Positions 1-9,602 of a stretch of DNA of 64,000 bases are shown here, one piece after another. The notes under the pieces are model-generated. The model did not search any database and had not been told where the DNA came from. It was given only the letters and a program-made list of their open reading frames with translations. The stretch spans positions 26,681 through 90,680 of IMG/VR virus record IMGVR_UViG_3300029841_000117. One strand, written 5' to 3'. Both the position numbers and the translations under genes were made by a program. Every line of letters begins with the position of its first letter. Position 1 is the stretch's first letter. This stretch comes from a virus (Duplodnaviria; Heunggongvirae; Uroviricota; Caudoviricetes).

Positions 1-476
1 TCATCCATGAACGTTGTGAGGTGCTTTGGTGCCTGATTATTGTAGTTTTTGAGGAAGAAAAGACCCTCGGTTGCCAGTCTGGTCAGGTCATAGGCATAGC
101 AGTACGGCAGATATGTAGAAGTAGACGCATCATGCAGATAAAACCCGCCGTTATACTCTGTTTCAAGCCATTCACGGGCTGTTTTCAGGTTGTAGCGCTT
201 CTTCATCTCATAGAAAATCTTGTTGAAAGCGAACAGCTTATCGTGAGATTTACCCTTTTCATTCAAAAGACTGCGAATATCCTTGTTGGATGCGTTCGCA
301 TTGGCATCGATGGTCACATCGGCGACATTCTTGTCAATAAAACCATCGATGAAATCCGAAAAGTTCAGTTGCGTTTCGTGGAAACCGTTCAGGTACTCGA
401 AATCTTCGCCATAACGCTCATTGAGTGTGGTCATAGCCTTTTCAAAGTCCCTGTTCATTTTGAGTGGAATGTTCAT
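1..476 (-). CDS. nrdD: Anaerobic (class III) ribonucleotide reductase NrdD-like, N-terminal part; gene runs off left edge
   Basis: Minus-strand ATG at 476-474 opens a frame with no stop before the window edge, so it is missing from the ORF track. Translation MNIPLKMNRDFEKAM...EWLETEYNGGFYLHDASTSTYLPYCYAYDL resembles the NrdD N-terminal motif (T4 NrdD GIIHVHDIDYS..PFTNCCLVDL). The overlapping plus ORF 21..539 has no protein-like features. Confidence 0.45.
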   Translation of the reverse strand, partial: MNIPLKMNRDFEKAMTTLNERYGEDFEYLNGFHETQLNFSDFIDGFIDKNVADVTIDANANASNKDIRSLLNEKGKSHDKLFAFNKIFYEMKKRYNLKTAREWLETEYNGGFYLHDASTSTYLPYCYAYDLTRLATEGLFFLKNYNNQAPKHLTTFMD

Positions 477-494
477 TGCTTAATCTCCCTTCGC

Positions 495-1280
495 TTATTG
501 TTGGTTCACCCAGTCATTTGCTGTCGAGAAGTCAAGTAATTTATTGTTCACACTAAGAACGGGCACCTGACTGATTCCAAGTGACAGCATCTCATCCACA
601 GAATTGTTCTCTGTGTACTTGATACCCTTTTCTTCCAGCTTCTTTTTCAGAACCTTGCACTTTGGACATCCTGTTGAGTACAAAGTAATTGCCATTGGCA
701 CCTCCTTCCAACCTTTAAGGTCGTCTTCCTCTGCAAGAAGCGTAATTGCTGAATAAACCTCAGCCCATGTTTCTACACGGAGCATCCCATTGGCTTCTGC
801 ATCATATTTTTTATTGTGTTGCGCAGTCATAAGGATTTTGAAATAGTTCCCACCCTCAAGATTGTGTGTACCATCATCGATGAGAACATCACCATTCACA
901 AGCTGCTTGTGGGAAGTGATAATGACATCGTTCCACGTTAGGAACGGGAAGTATTTGAATAACACCCGTTCCATTTTTGATGCGAGCGTATGGTAGTTCG
1001 ATGTGGTTACAATCAAGACCTTATGCCCATCTGCAATAAGCTTTTGCAAAGTTTCTGATGCACCATCAATTGGTTTAACACAATCCCAGAAATCATCCTC
1101 GAACAGTGGTGCGTACACCTGTTCATTCGTGAGCGTCGGGAATGCTTTAGAAATATCCCAACCGGTGATGTCTGTCAGCTTTGTAGTCGTCCCGTGTCGT
1201 GCATTTAAGTAATCAACCCAAGCACTCGCCAGTGACTCAATCGTGTCATCCATGTCAACCAAGATTGTCAGATGCTTCAT
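495..1280 (-). CDS. HAD-family 5'(3')-deoxyribonucleotidase fused to a C-terminal glutaredoxin/NrdH-like domain
   Basis: N-terminal DMDDT HAD motif. The last ~75 aa (ITLYSTGCPKCKVLKKKLEEKGIKY...VPVL) have a CPxC thioredoxin-fold signature. Confidence 0.55.
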   Translation of the reverse strand: MKHLTILVDMDDTIESLASAWVDYLNARHGTTTKLTDITGWDISKAFPTLTNEQVYAPLFEDDFWDCVKPIDGASETLQKLIADGHKVLIVTTSNYHTLASKMERVLFKYFPFLTWNDVIITSHKQLVNGDVLIDDGTHNLEGGNYFKILMTAQHNKKYDAEANGMLRVETWAEVYSAITLLAEEDDLKGWKEVPMAITLYSTGCPKCKVLKKKLEEKGIKYTENNSVDEMLSLGISQVPVLSVNNKLLDFSTANDWVNQQ

Positions 1281-1289
1281 TTAGCCTCC

Positions 1290-1847
1290 TTACAGTTCAT
1301 CAATCGTCATTTGGTGAGAACCAAGGTATTCGACCAACCAATCGATGACATTTCTTTTCAGGTCAGTCATTGACCCGTTATTCGTTATGTAATAATCTGG
1401 CTCAACATCGTCGAGCGCTGTCTCAGAAGGGTGTGCTTGCTGCTCTGGGGTGAGAGGACTCTTAAAGTTTTTTCTGACAACACGCAAATTAACTGTGTCC
1501 AATCCAGCTTCTTTGAGATAATCAATCTCATTTGGGAATCGGCAATCAGGAATCAGCACATAGTCCCACTCATTTGGGAATAGCTCCAAAATTGATGTAA
1601 CAAACCCTACCCAATAGTCAGGGCGTTTCTGCCGAATGATGTCTGTTCCGACATATTGAAGAATATGCCGACCAGCATCATCTTTCTGTCCGTCCCATCC
1701 AAAGAACTGCTTGCAAATATATTTGAGCAGGTCTGCGTAATGGGTAATCAAGACTTTATATCCGTCTGCTTCTAAAGCCGCTTTAAGCAATCCAGCAGTG
1801 GTGTCTTTGCCGTTTTGCGCTTTACCAGAAATCGTAATGACTTTCAC
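1290..1847 (-). CDS. Deoxynucleoside monophosphate kinase (phage dNMP kinase-like P-loop kinase)
   Basis: P-loop ISGKAQNGKDT at the N-terminus. Size and pattern resemble phage dNMP kinases. Confidence 0.5.
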   Translation of the reverse strand: MKVITISGKAQNGKDTTAGLLKAALEADGYKVLITHYADLLKYICKQFFGWDGQKDDAGRHILQYVGTDIIRQKRPDYWVGFVTSILELFPNEWDYVLIPDCRFPNEIDYLKEAGLDTVNLRVVRKNFKSPLTPEQQAHPSETALDDVEPDYYITNNGSMTDLKRNVIDWLVEYLGSHQMTIDEL

Positions 1848-1850
1848 CTG

Positions 1851-2327
1851 TCAACCTCCTTTGTGTTGCTTCGCATACTTTCGGAATTTGTCTATGGCTT
1901 GTCGAACATTCATTGGCGAATCTGGCGGTCGCCACTTGTGTTCGCCGCCGTAGTACAGCTCTCTGACCTTGCAAAATGCCGCAACCACAGGCTTGTCTGT
2001 ATCATCCACTTTGTGTTCACAAACAATTGCAACTGCCTTCTTACCAGCCTTCGTAAAGTCATCGACCATTCTTTGGATAGCAAGTCGTTGCCCGTATGGT
2101 ACTCTTGCATCCTTGTGTTTTACTTCGAGGAGTATGTATTCTGAGTCGTGATACTCAATTAGCCCATCGATATCCGTAGGGTAAATCCCGTTATCAAGTT
2201 CAAGCCCTTTGAAGTCGATGAGTTGTTTCATACGTTTGGGGTTCAGTATCTTGCTTTTCATAAGACCTCCAAATTCAGGCAGGTCTTGGTCGGTTGTCGT
2301 CATTGCCGAATAGCAATACAGCCGCAA
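1851..2327 (-). CDS. VRR-NUC / PD-(D/E)xK-type nuclease
   Basis: PTDIDGLIEY...ILLEVKHKD...GQRLAIQ...GKKAVAIV matches the PD..(D/E)xK..Q..G pattern of VRR-NUC domains. Confidence 0.4.
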   Translation of the reverse strand: MRLYCYSAMTTTDQDLPEFGGLMKSKILNPKRMKQLIDFKGLELDNGIYPTDIDGLIEYHDSEYILLEVKHKDARVPYGQRLAIQRMVDDFTKAGKKAVAIVCEHKVDDTDKPVVAAFCKVRELYYGGEHKWRPPDSPMNVRQAIDKFRKYAKQHKGG

Positions 2328-2357
2328 GAATCACAACGGCAACCGAAAGCGCCCCAT

Positions 2358-3032
2358 TCATTGTTTGCGCGGCATCATACCGCAGGTCTTTTTCTCTGAG
2401 CAAAAACCCATGAGCTTGCATTTGGGCATGAAGTAGTGGTCTACGATGTATTTCCATTCCTCCGAATAGTTCCCCAAAGCATCGCATACGTCGTTGAATA
2501 GCCCCCTGTATTCATGGTAGGCTCGATTGCACATTCTCTGATGCGACATATCCATCAGGTTGCGCATATTGTGCTTACACACAATTTTCGTCTCCATGCC
2601 AAGCGGAAGCCCTAATGCTGAGTCCTCACGAGGAACGCCAATAGTGTCGAGGCTCTCTAAGTATGATTTGATATGTTCCATCAAATCTTCATAGACTTCT
2701 TTCGCTTCTGGATTACCTTCGATGCTTGGCGGCGTAACATATCCAAAACCATGTTCATAGTCGATATATCGCGTACTCGCCTGAAGGCGTGTGGGCAGAC
2801 CGCCGATATGGGTGTACCACTCACGGATGACCCGTGCCGAATACCCTTCAAGAGTCAAATACACATCAGGGAACTCAAATGTTCTCCCATGTCCGCTCTC
2901 AAGACAGTCAATGCCTCTGAGATAATTCTTCTCATCATTACTGGTATTTGCTCCCCAGCAAATACCAGCCTCTACACCAATCATCGTGATTGGCTTTTTG
3001 TATGTATAATCTTGAACAATTACCTTTCCCAT
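2358..3032 (-). CDS. thyX: Flavin-dependent thymidylate synthase ThyX homologue (divergent active-site motif)
   Basis: HGRTFEFPDVYLTLEGYSARVIREWYTHIGG...QASTRY aligns with ThyX HETPFEH..F...ARQWFRHR..S...SGRY, and the C-terminal RNLMDM..R block aligns with RSLMNFL.LR. The RHR triad is replaced by YTH. Confidence 0.55.
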   Translation of the reverse strand: MGKVIVQDYTYKKPITMIGVEAGICWGANTSNDEKNYLRGIDCLESGHGRTFEFPDVYLTLEGYSARVIREWYTHIGGLPTRLQASTRYIDYEHGFGYVTPPSIEGNPEAKEVYEDLMEHIKSYLESLDTIGVPREDSALGLPLGMETKIVCKHNMRNLMDMSHQRMCNRAYHEYRGLFNDVCDALGNYSEEWKYIVDHYFMPKCKLMGFCSEKKTCGMMPRKQ

Positions 3033-3039
3033 TCGTTAC

Positions 3040-3777
3040 TTAACCTCCGTAAAGTTCTGGGTAACTGCTATAACACAAATAGGTATAGCCGTAATAGCTG
3101 CTGTACAGTTCAAGATAAACGCCGCTACCTTGTACCCCACCAGACTGGAATACGACTGACGGTTCATTCAAAACACGTTCGCCACTTAAAAGGCAGGCTG
3201 CTGCTTCAACGCAGGGTTCAAACGGAGTCAGGTTTTTGAAATAGTCTGTATTCGCGTTAGCATATTGTCCCTCTGCGTGAATGACCTCTTTGATTGTGTC
3301 TGGGAACTCTGGCGAGTCAGCTCTGTTGATAACCACCTCGCCAACAGCCAGCTTCCACTCAAAGGGCAAACGCTTGTCGCCACATTCTGCCGTGATAATC
3401 TTTGATAGCTCAAGCAAGTCTTCAAAGAAAACCTTTGTCACGTTTAAGCCGAGCACATCGATTTTCTTGTTTCTGGCTTTCTCTGCAACCACGCCCGCTT
3501 CATAATCACCGTTTAAGCAACTCTGCTTCATTATGCTGAGATAATCAATGTCATCAGAGAAGCCGTCTACTCCCTCCGTGTGGCGCACTGCCTCCTCTTC
3601 TGGCTCCTCAATTGTCTGGTTTGCGTCTGTTGCTGTGATAGCGGTTTCCAACGCATCGACTTCCGTTTTCTCCTCAATGGTCAACAGCGTTTCTTGTCTG
3701 GCAGATGCGCTACTGCATCCGCAGATTGAAACGCACATCATAGATACCAGCAAGAAGATAGTGAAAATTTTTCGCAT
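3040..3777 (-). CDS. Secreted lipoprotein with SleB/CwlJ-type (Hydrolase_2) cell-wall hydrolase domain
   Basis: N-terminal signal peptide with lipobox LVSMMCVSICGCSS. EVVINRADSPEFPDTIKEVIHAEGQY resembles the Hydrolase_2 core. Confidence 0.5.
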   Translation of the reverse strand: MRKIFTIFLLVSMMCVSICGCSSASARQETLLTIEEKTEVDALETAITATDANQTIEEPEEEAVRHTEGVDGFSDDIDYLSIMKQSCLNGDYEAGVVAEKARNKKIDVLGLNVTKVFFEDLLELSKIITAECGDKRLPFEWKLAVGEVVINRADSPEFPDTIKEVIHAEGQYANANTDYFKNLTPFEPCVEAAACLLSGERVLNEPSVVFQSGGVQGSGVYLELYSSYYGYTYLCYSSYPELYGG

Positions 3778-3801
3778 TGTTCTACCTCTCTACTGCCTAC
3801 G

Positions 3802-3838
3802 AAAAAAGAGCTCCAGAGTGTTTTACTCTGGGCTCTTC
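3802..3838 (-). terminator. Rho-independent terminator (also hairpin-forming on the plus strand)
   Basis: aaaaaagagctccagagtgttttactctgggctcttcc. On the minus strand the hairpin is followed by a T6 run, directly downstream of the CDS ending at 3868. Confidence 0.45.
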
Positions 3839-3867
3839 CACATAGTATGTTTAGCCTCTTACTTTTC

Positions 3868-4686
3868 TTATGCGTGCTGGAGAGTTTCTTTAATGGCAAA
3901 ACTGCCAAGGAACTCATCCAACATTTTTGTATCGCCGGGATTCAGCGGTTCTTCTGCCCGTGGTGCTCTCGGACGTGCCGCTCTCTGTGCTCGCACCGGT
4001 CGTGTGGGTTCAGTAGCAGCGACCGGAACAGCACCGAACCAATCAACTGTCGCACGACCAGTGGCATTCCAATCAAGCTGCGGTGTCGTTACCGGTGTCG
4101 TTACTCCTACGAGGTCTTCCATTGCAAGGTCTACAAGCGGGAGGTCAATCGGAATCCCATCGACAAACAACTGCCCATCTCTATAGTTCATTTCTACTGG
4201 ACGCGCAGCATTAACTGCTGCAGCAGTTACCGTCTCCGCCGCATTTGTCTCATTGATGGCATCAACAGCGGTATTTGTTACGGTTACATTGGCTGTTGCC
4301 CTTGTACCATTCCCAAAACTGACGGTTAACCCCATGTCCCGGAAGCAAATCGGTTCTCTGCTCTCAAGCTGGAACAGTCTGTTCTCATCGCCGACAACGA
4401 TAATGTCATTTACCTCCATACCGTTGTAATACTCCATTCCGAGCATAGCCGGTTTGAGAATATCGCTGTACCCCTGCTCATTGACAATACCAATTCTGTA
4501 CCCACGATAAATACCGTGGTCAGTATTGCGAACATCAAACGTGACACCTGCGTGTTCAGAGAGGAATCTATAAACGTCTCTCGTTACAATCAACGCAATT
4601 TCGCATCCTCCACCCGTATAGGCTCGTACTCGCGCTGCTTTCTGAAGAGCCTCCTCCAAAGCATTGTTGAACTCTGCTCTCGTCAC
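3868..4686 (-). CDS. Hypothetical protein (Thr/Ala/Pro-rich C-terminal half)
   Basis: Long ORF in the co-directional minus-strand array with 4-nt overlap coupling to the next gene. No recognisable motif. Confidence 0.4.
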   Translation of the reverse strand: MTRAEFNNALEEALQKAARVRAYTGGGCEIALIVTRDVYRFLSEHAGVTFDVRNTDHGIYRGYRIGIVNEQGYSDILKPAMLGMEYYNGMEVNDIIVVGDENRLFQLESREPICFRDMGLTVSFGNGTRATANVTVTNTAVDAINETNAAETVTAAAVNAARPVEMNYRDGQLFVDGIPIDLPLVDLAMEDLVGVTTPVTTPQLDWNATGRATVDWFGAVPVAATEPTRPVRAQRAARPRAPRAEEPLNPGDTKMLDEFLGSFAIKETLQHA

Positions 4687-4898
4687 TCGTCATCGACCTC
4701 CTCAATTGGAGACACATTACACTCGCTTACGAGCTTGTCGAAGCAGTCACAGCAAAGCTGCAAATCAACATTGTCTCCGTCATGGATACTGCCGTATCCG
4801 ATATGTTGTCTATGTATAGAGAAATCTTCCTGCAGGTCAAAGAGGTCAAGCTCCTTGCCGCAATAATTGCAGACACGTTTGTCTGACAAGTTTCGCAC
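4683..4898 (-). CDS. Small CxxC...CxxC zinc-ribbon protein
   Basis: Paired Cys motifs CNYCG ... CCDCFD. Translationally coupled to the downstream gene. Confidence 0.35.
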   Translation of the reverse strand: MRNLSDKRVCNYCGKELDLFDLQEDFSIHRQHIGYGSIHDGDNVDLQLCCDCFDKLVSECNVSPIEEVDDE

Positions 4899-4925
4899 CT
4901 CCTATGCACTTATAAAATCTGTGTT

Positions 4926-5378
4926 TTATATCACCCTTACTGTTGAAGCAGCAGGTTTGATTTTGAAACCACTGAGGAAGTCGTCCAGTTCCTCACCGCC
5001 ATATGTTCCATCGGTAAACCGCAATGGCTGTTCACAGCGTTCAATCTCAGACAGGATGACCGTGTTCAAGTCACTTAGGTATAGGATGCGGTTAAATGTG
5101 CGTCCCTTGAAATCCCGCGTGTCATATGCGGTAACGAAATACATAGCGGATGATTTCTTCGTGTTTAGAATGGAGTATGTATTAGAGAAGGACGCTACAT
5201 CAAATCCTCTTTGCATTACCCATCCCGGAAGATTCCCCAACTCTATTTCCCTCCAAAGAGTCTCAACCAGTTCTTTAGTATTACGCATATTATCAAGTAC
5301 GACACACACTGAAACATTCTCTTGTTGAGAGCAGAACAATAGTGCTTCTGCCAATGTGTCCCCGGTTAACACTTCCAT
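4926..5378 (-). CDS. Hypothetical protein
   Basis: ORF in the minus-strand array immediately upstream of dnaE. No motif recognised. Confidence 0.35.
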   Translation of the reverse strand: MEVLTGDTLAEALLFCSQQENVSVCVVLDNMRNTKELVETLWREIELGNLPGWVMQRGFDVASFSNTYSILNTKKSSAMYFVTAYDTRDFKGRTFNRILYLSDLNTVILSEIERCEQPLRFTDGTYGGEELDDFLSGFKIKPAASTVRVI

Positions 5379-5392
5379 GTTTTCACCTCCAA

Positions 5393-8300
5393 TTACAGAA
5401 CCTTGTCATACGCTGTCAGCTTGAAATACTCACCATCGCGCTGGTAGCCTTTACAGTAAATAATGTCACCGACTTTAACCGGCTCTTTCTTAAACTCACG
5501 ATTGAATAACGTGAACCTACTTTCCTTGCCGCTACCGATTGATTTCGTGAAGACGCTGTAAGCAAATTGCTCACCATCTCTTCTCCGAACCAGTGGCTTC
5601 ATATCTGTTATGTATAGCTTGCGTCTGTCTGCTTCATTGCCAGACACATATCCGATATAGCCCATCACATCATAGAAGTTACGGACTTTGATAATATCGC
5701 TTAGGTCGTCCATGCCAACTGCTTTTACCGCATCTTCTGCGCCACGCAAAATCGACATCACATCAAGAAGTGTGTAGCTCTTAGCTTCGCCACCAGACTT
5801 TGTAACACCGACTGCGTATCGCTTCACAATTTCTTCGAGTGGTGTTCCATCAACCTCAGTCTTTTTGATTTGCTTCGCTTGACCTCTCTTGAAGATATTA
5901 AAGAACAGGTCAACCATCCGAAGCAGCTCACGCTGATTGCCGAAATCAGAGAAGAAATCAAGCTTAATCAGAATATCAAGCTGCCTTGAGTTAATACTCG
6001 TTTTTTCATCGAGGTCTTTCAACAAATCCATAAAACAGGAATACTTGTTTTTTGCTGCAAGGTTGTACAGTTCATCGGCAAGACCAGCGCTCATATACTT
6101 GATTGACGTGAGACCCTTGGCGATGATTTTCCGCTCTCTATCGAAGAAGTATTCACCTCTGGACAACCCCCATTTAGGCAACGTAACTCGAATACCGACC
6201 TTATGGGCATAGCTTGTAATGTCAGCAGTCTTGTCCATATTGTCCCCGAAGATATTCAATGCTGCTGTTAAGAACTCCAATGGGTAATAGTAGCGCAAAT
6301 ATCCGCAGATATAACCGATGGACGAATAAGCGTCTGAGTGGTTCCACGAGAAGCCATACGCTGATGCATCCAGAATGATTTGCAGGAACGGCTTAATAAC
6401 CTCTTCGCAACGCTCTGCACTCATCTTGTACGCCTTTGAGCAATAAGCCACAAAGCGTTCTTCAATCTCCGGCAAGAGCTTTTCTGTTCCTTTTTTCTTG
6501 GCAATCGCTCGGCGGACGTTGTCTGATTCCGCGCTTGAGTAGCCGCAGAACTTAACCAAGAACTGCATAATGGTTTCCTGCATTGCGATTCGTCCTGCCT
6601 CTGGAGCAAGGAACTCATTCAGTGCGTCAAAACCGTTATCGTAAAACTCACCTTTGGCTACACTATCACGGAAGCTGGCACACGCAGGTCGGAGCAAGCC
6701 GTTACCAAACGACATCCACTTTAGCATTGAGAAATTCGGAATCTTTGACCGAGCAATATCGAGCGTGGCATCAGACATGAACTGCTTTAGATAATGCTGT
6801 GCGCTGTCAGACTCCCATTGGAAGATAAGCGTCGTATCGTCTCGGATACTTCTCCACACATCCATGTCCTCCATATCAGTGTTGTCTGGTGTCAAGCGCT
6901 CAATCCCAAGCATTTTACAGGTATCGTTGATGACACCGATATTATCCAAGCCAAGGATGTCAAGCTTGACATACATCAAGTCGTCCAGCTCTTTCATGTT
7001 AATCATGGATACCGGATACTCGGATGTGGAGATACTGCACAGACCAACCGTTTGGTCAATAGGCAGGTCACTGATAAGGACTCCACTCGGGTGTGTACCG
7101 ATGGAGACGATTGTTCCATTAACGATATCTACATACTTGAAGACATCTGGATACTTCTTTCGGATAACATCTTCATGGAGCTCCGCTTCTTTGCAGATGT
7201 GGTTTGCCACTTGAAGATAGTTCATGTCTGCGCGGTCTTTATAGAGAGCGCGGCAAACATCGCGGATTGCGCCTTTGAGTGCAATGGTATTAAAGGTAAT
7301 AATTTCTGCTGAACGAATACTCGGCAGATTCATCTTATCTTTAAGCAGGAACCGCTTAATTGTTTCTCTGTCCTTGCCAGAATAGTCCGTGTCAATATCA
7401 GCGTTTGTAACACGGGACGGATTCATAAAGCGGAAGAAATTCAAACCATACCTCATACTATCCATCTGCGTAATCCCCAAGAGATACGCAATCATGCTAC
7501 CTGAAACTGAGCCACGACCATAGCCGCACTGGATACCATTTTGCTTTTCCCACTCACGCAAGTAAGTTTGGAGCAGCATAAAGTCAATTGACTTCGTTGC
7601 CTTGTAAACATCGAACTCTTCATCGATAGTTTTCTGCAACTCTTCCTTTGTGTGATGCTTGAGTGCATATGGGTGGTTCTCAACTGCTGTCTGAATCTTG
7701 TCACGGAACGTCTTCTCTGGTTCAGAGTAGATATGTGGGTACTTTGTACCTCTATCTAATTCAAACGGCTCTACCATATCTGCCATCACATTGGTGTTTT
7801 CAATGGCTTGCATATATTCTGCCTCTGGAAGCGACCCTTGCTCTCTATATGCAGCAACTAACTCGTCGTAAGTCTTAAACTTCAAGTCCCAACGTTCTTC
7901 GCCATCAAACGTAATGTTTTTAGATGCCTGTAAGATACTTCTTCCTTTTTCATGCTCTGCATTGAGGACGTGCGTATCAGTTCCTGCAATCAAAGGGACA
8001 CCGGTACTCTTGCTAAGCAATAACAGTTTTTCGTTGTAGGTGACCTGCTTCTCATCCATGTGGTGACCGACTTCTAAGAAACAGCGGTGCTTATTTCGTT
8101 CAAGAAAATCCAGATAATACTGCTGAACCTGTTCGTCACCTTTCCCGAGAACGCCACCGACACAAGCCGTAGTGATGATAATGTTGTCAGATGTCGCAAA
8201 CAATTCGTTGAACGTGATTCGTGGGACATAGTAAAAGTGGTTGTCGGTTCTGCAGAAACTCTTAGACACAAGGCTGTTGAGTTCTAAGAACCCGTCGTAG

Positions 8301-8584
8301 TTCTTCGCAAGCAAGACACAGTGGTAGTTGTCTCTGATTTTTTCGTCGATGTTAAGCGTAAGATATGCCTCGATGCCGTGGATATACTTCATTCCAGCAG
8401 CTTCGATAGCACTTTTCTTGTGCCACCACTCAAAAACAGAGCCATGCTCCGTAAACGCCATTGCTTTCATGCCGCACTCTTTGGCACGCTCTATGTATTC
8501 GCCGTACTTTGTAACGGAGTCAATATTGGTAACACCGTTTGAAAGGTCACTATGCAAGTGGTATAGGGTGTATTGATTGCTCAT
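5393..8584 (-). CDS. dnaE: DNA polymerase III alpha subunit (PHP domain + polymerase core)
   Basis: N-terminal PHP signature YTLYHLHSDLSNGV...AFTEHGSVFEW and overall length about 1060 aa. The start is placed at the internal Met (MSNQYTLYHLHSD) because that ATG overlaps the primase stop as ATGA at 8581-8584. Confidence 0.85.
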   Translation of the reverse strand: MSNQYTLYHLHSDLSNGVTNIDSVTKYGEYIERAKECGMKAMAFTEHGSVFEWWHKKSAIEAAGMKYIHGIEAYLTLNIDEKIRDNYHCVLLAKNYDGFLELNSLVSKSFCRTDNHFYYVPRITFNELFATSDNIIITTACVGGVLGKGDEQVQQYYLDFLERNKHRCFLEVGHHMDEKQVTYNEKLLLLSKSTGVPLIAGTDTHVLNAEHEKGRSILQASKNITFDGEERWDLKFKTYDELVAAYREQGSLPEAEYMQAIENTNVMADMVEPFELDRGTKYPHIYSEPEKTFRDKIQTAVENHPYALKHHTKEELQKTIDEEFDVYKATKSIDFMLLQTYLREWEKQNGIQCGYGRGSVSGSMIAYLLGITQMDSMRYGLNFFRFMNPSRVTNADIDTDYSGKDRETIKRFLLKDKMNLPSIRSAEIITFNTIALKGAIRDVCRALYKDRADMNYLQVANHICKEAELHEDVIRKKYPDVFKYVDIVNGTIVSIGTHPSGVLISDLPIDQTVGLCSISTSEYPVSMINMKELDDLMYVKLDILGLDNIGVINDTCKMLGIERLTPDNTDMEDMDVWRSIRDDTTLIFQWESDSAQHYLKQFMSDATLDIARSKIPNFSMLKWMSFGNGLLRPACASFRDSVAKGEFYDNGFDALNEFLAPEAGRIAMQETIMQFLVKFCGYSSAESDNVRRAIAKKKGTEKLLPEIEERFVAYCSKAYKMSAERCEEVIKPFLQIILDASAYGFSWNHSDAYSSIGYICGYLRYYYPLEFLTAALNIFGDNMDKTADITSYAHKVGIRVTLPKWGLSRGEYFFDRERKIIAKGLTSIKYMSAGLADELYNLAAKNKYSCFMDLLKDLDEKTSINSRQLDILIKLDFFSDFGNQRELLRMVDLFFNIFKRGQAKQIKKTEVDGTPLEEIVKRYAVGVTKSGGEAKSYTLLDVMSILRGAEDAVKAVGMDDLSDIIKVRNFYDVMGYIGYVSGNEADRRKLYITDMKPLVRRRDGEQFAYSVFTKSIGSGKESRFTLFNREFKKEPVKVGDIIYCKGYQRDGEYFKLTAYDKVL

Positions 8585-9561
8585 CGCCATGACAGCCTCC
8601 CGTCGTAGAGTTTTTTCCAAGTGTCTTGACCTCTATCGACAGGACTGTCCTTATCGCCAAGCAAATCTTCCTTGTCCCAAATGTATTCAACGTTGACAAA
8701 CTGCTTTAACCGCTTGATATTGTGGTCGTCCCTGATGCAAACATCCTTGTCAAGGGCGAAAACCACCCTGCACCCAAGGGAGACCAGCAGTTTCATCTGA
8801 TTCGGATTAAGATGCGATGTCAAAATCGCACCAGTGTTGTGTACCCCATATGTATCTGCGAGTAAAACTGACTTACATCCTTCGAAAAGAATGATTTCTC
8901 CCTTTTTCCTGATGCCCTCCATGTTTTCTGCAAGACCATAAATAGTTTTCAGCTCACCCCACGCCATAAAGTAGGTGTATTTACGCAAACCTTTTTCTTT
9001 CCATGCCGGGTCAAGCGTTCTACCACCTACATTTACGATTTTTCCATCTGGATTCCGTATTGGATAGACCAATCTATCCGAAAAGCTGTCGTAGTACACG
9101 TCAAACTTGTCGAGTGAGCCTTTGGATATGCCCTCGCGCTCCCAAACAGCTAATTTGTCTGGTCTTTTTTCGTACCGTTCCATATAATCGTCTGGGAGCA
9201 CAGTTGATTTTGACTGCTTCTGCACTTTTTTCGGCGGCATAAACCTCTTGGCGACCTCAACTGTCGCCAATTTCTTTCTGGTGACCACATTACCATCGAC
9301 TCCGCTGTAATTCTTCAATTTTTCGATAGCTTCGGCATAACCACACTTGTCGTAATACCGAATGAATGTCAGTACGTTACCGCCGATACCCGATGAAAAG
9401 TCGTAGAATGAGTTTGTTTCCTTACGAACGGAGAAGGAGGGGGTTTTCTCATCTTTGAATGGCGACAATGCCCAATATTCTCCGTTCTTTTCTGTGAACT
9501 CTGTATATTGCGAGATGTATTCAAGGATATCGACTGATTCAATCAGCTCAGATAGCTCCAC
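8581..9561 (-). CDS. dnaG: DNA primase (DnaG-like, Toprim) with degenerate zinc-finger
   Basis: Toprim block ILFEGCKSVLLADTYGV...VVFALDKD. The N-terminal segment SPFKDEKTPSFSV...FYDFSSGIGGNVLTF aligns with CPFH.EKTPSF...CFGCG but lacks all four zinc ligands. GTG start preceded by GGAAGGAGGGG. Confidence 0.65.
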   Translation of the reverse strand: MELSELIESVDILEYISQYTEFTEKNGEYWALSPFKDEKTPSFSVRKETNSFYDFSSGIGGNVLTFIRYYDKCGYAEAIEKLKNYSGVDGNVVTRKKLATVEVAKRFMPPKKVQKQSKSTVLPDDYMERYEKRPDKLAVWEREGISKGSLDKFDVYYDSFSDRLVYPIRNPDGKIVNVGGRTLDPAWKEKGLRKYTYFMAWGELKTIYGLAENMEGIRKKGEIILFEGCKSVLLADTYGVHNTGAILTSHLNPNQMKLLVSLGCRVVFALDKDVCIRDDHNIKRLKQFVNVEYIWDKEDLLGDKDSPVDRGQDTWKKLYDGRLSWR

Positions 9562-9602
9562 CCCACCCCTCCTTCCGTATTTTATTTAATTATGTTGACA
9601 GC

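Noticed and set aside
21-539. Plus-strand ORF of 172 aa at the left edge
   Set aside because: The translation is not protein-like. The minus strand over the same interval encodes an NrdD-like N-terminus with good motifs, so the plus ORF is antisense noise.
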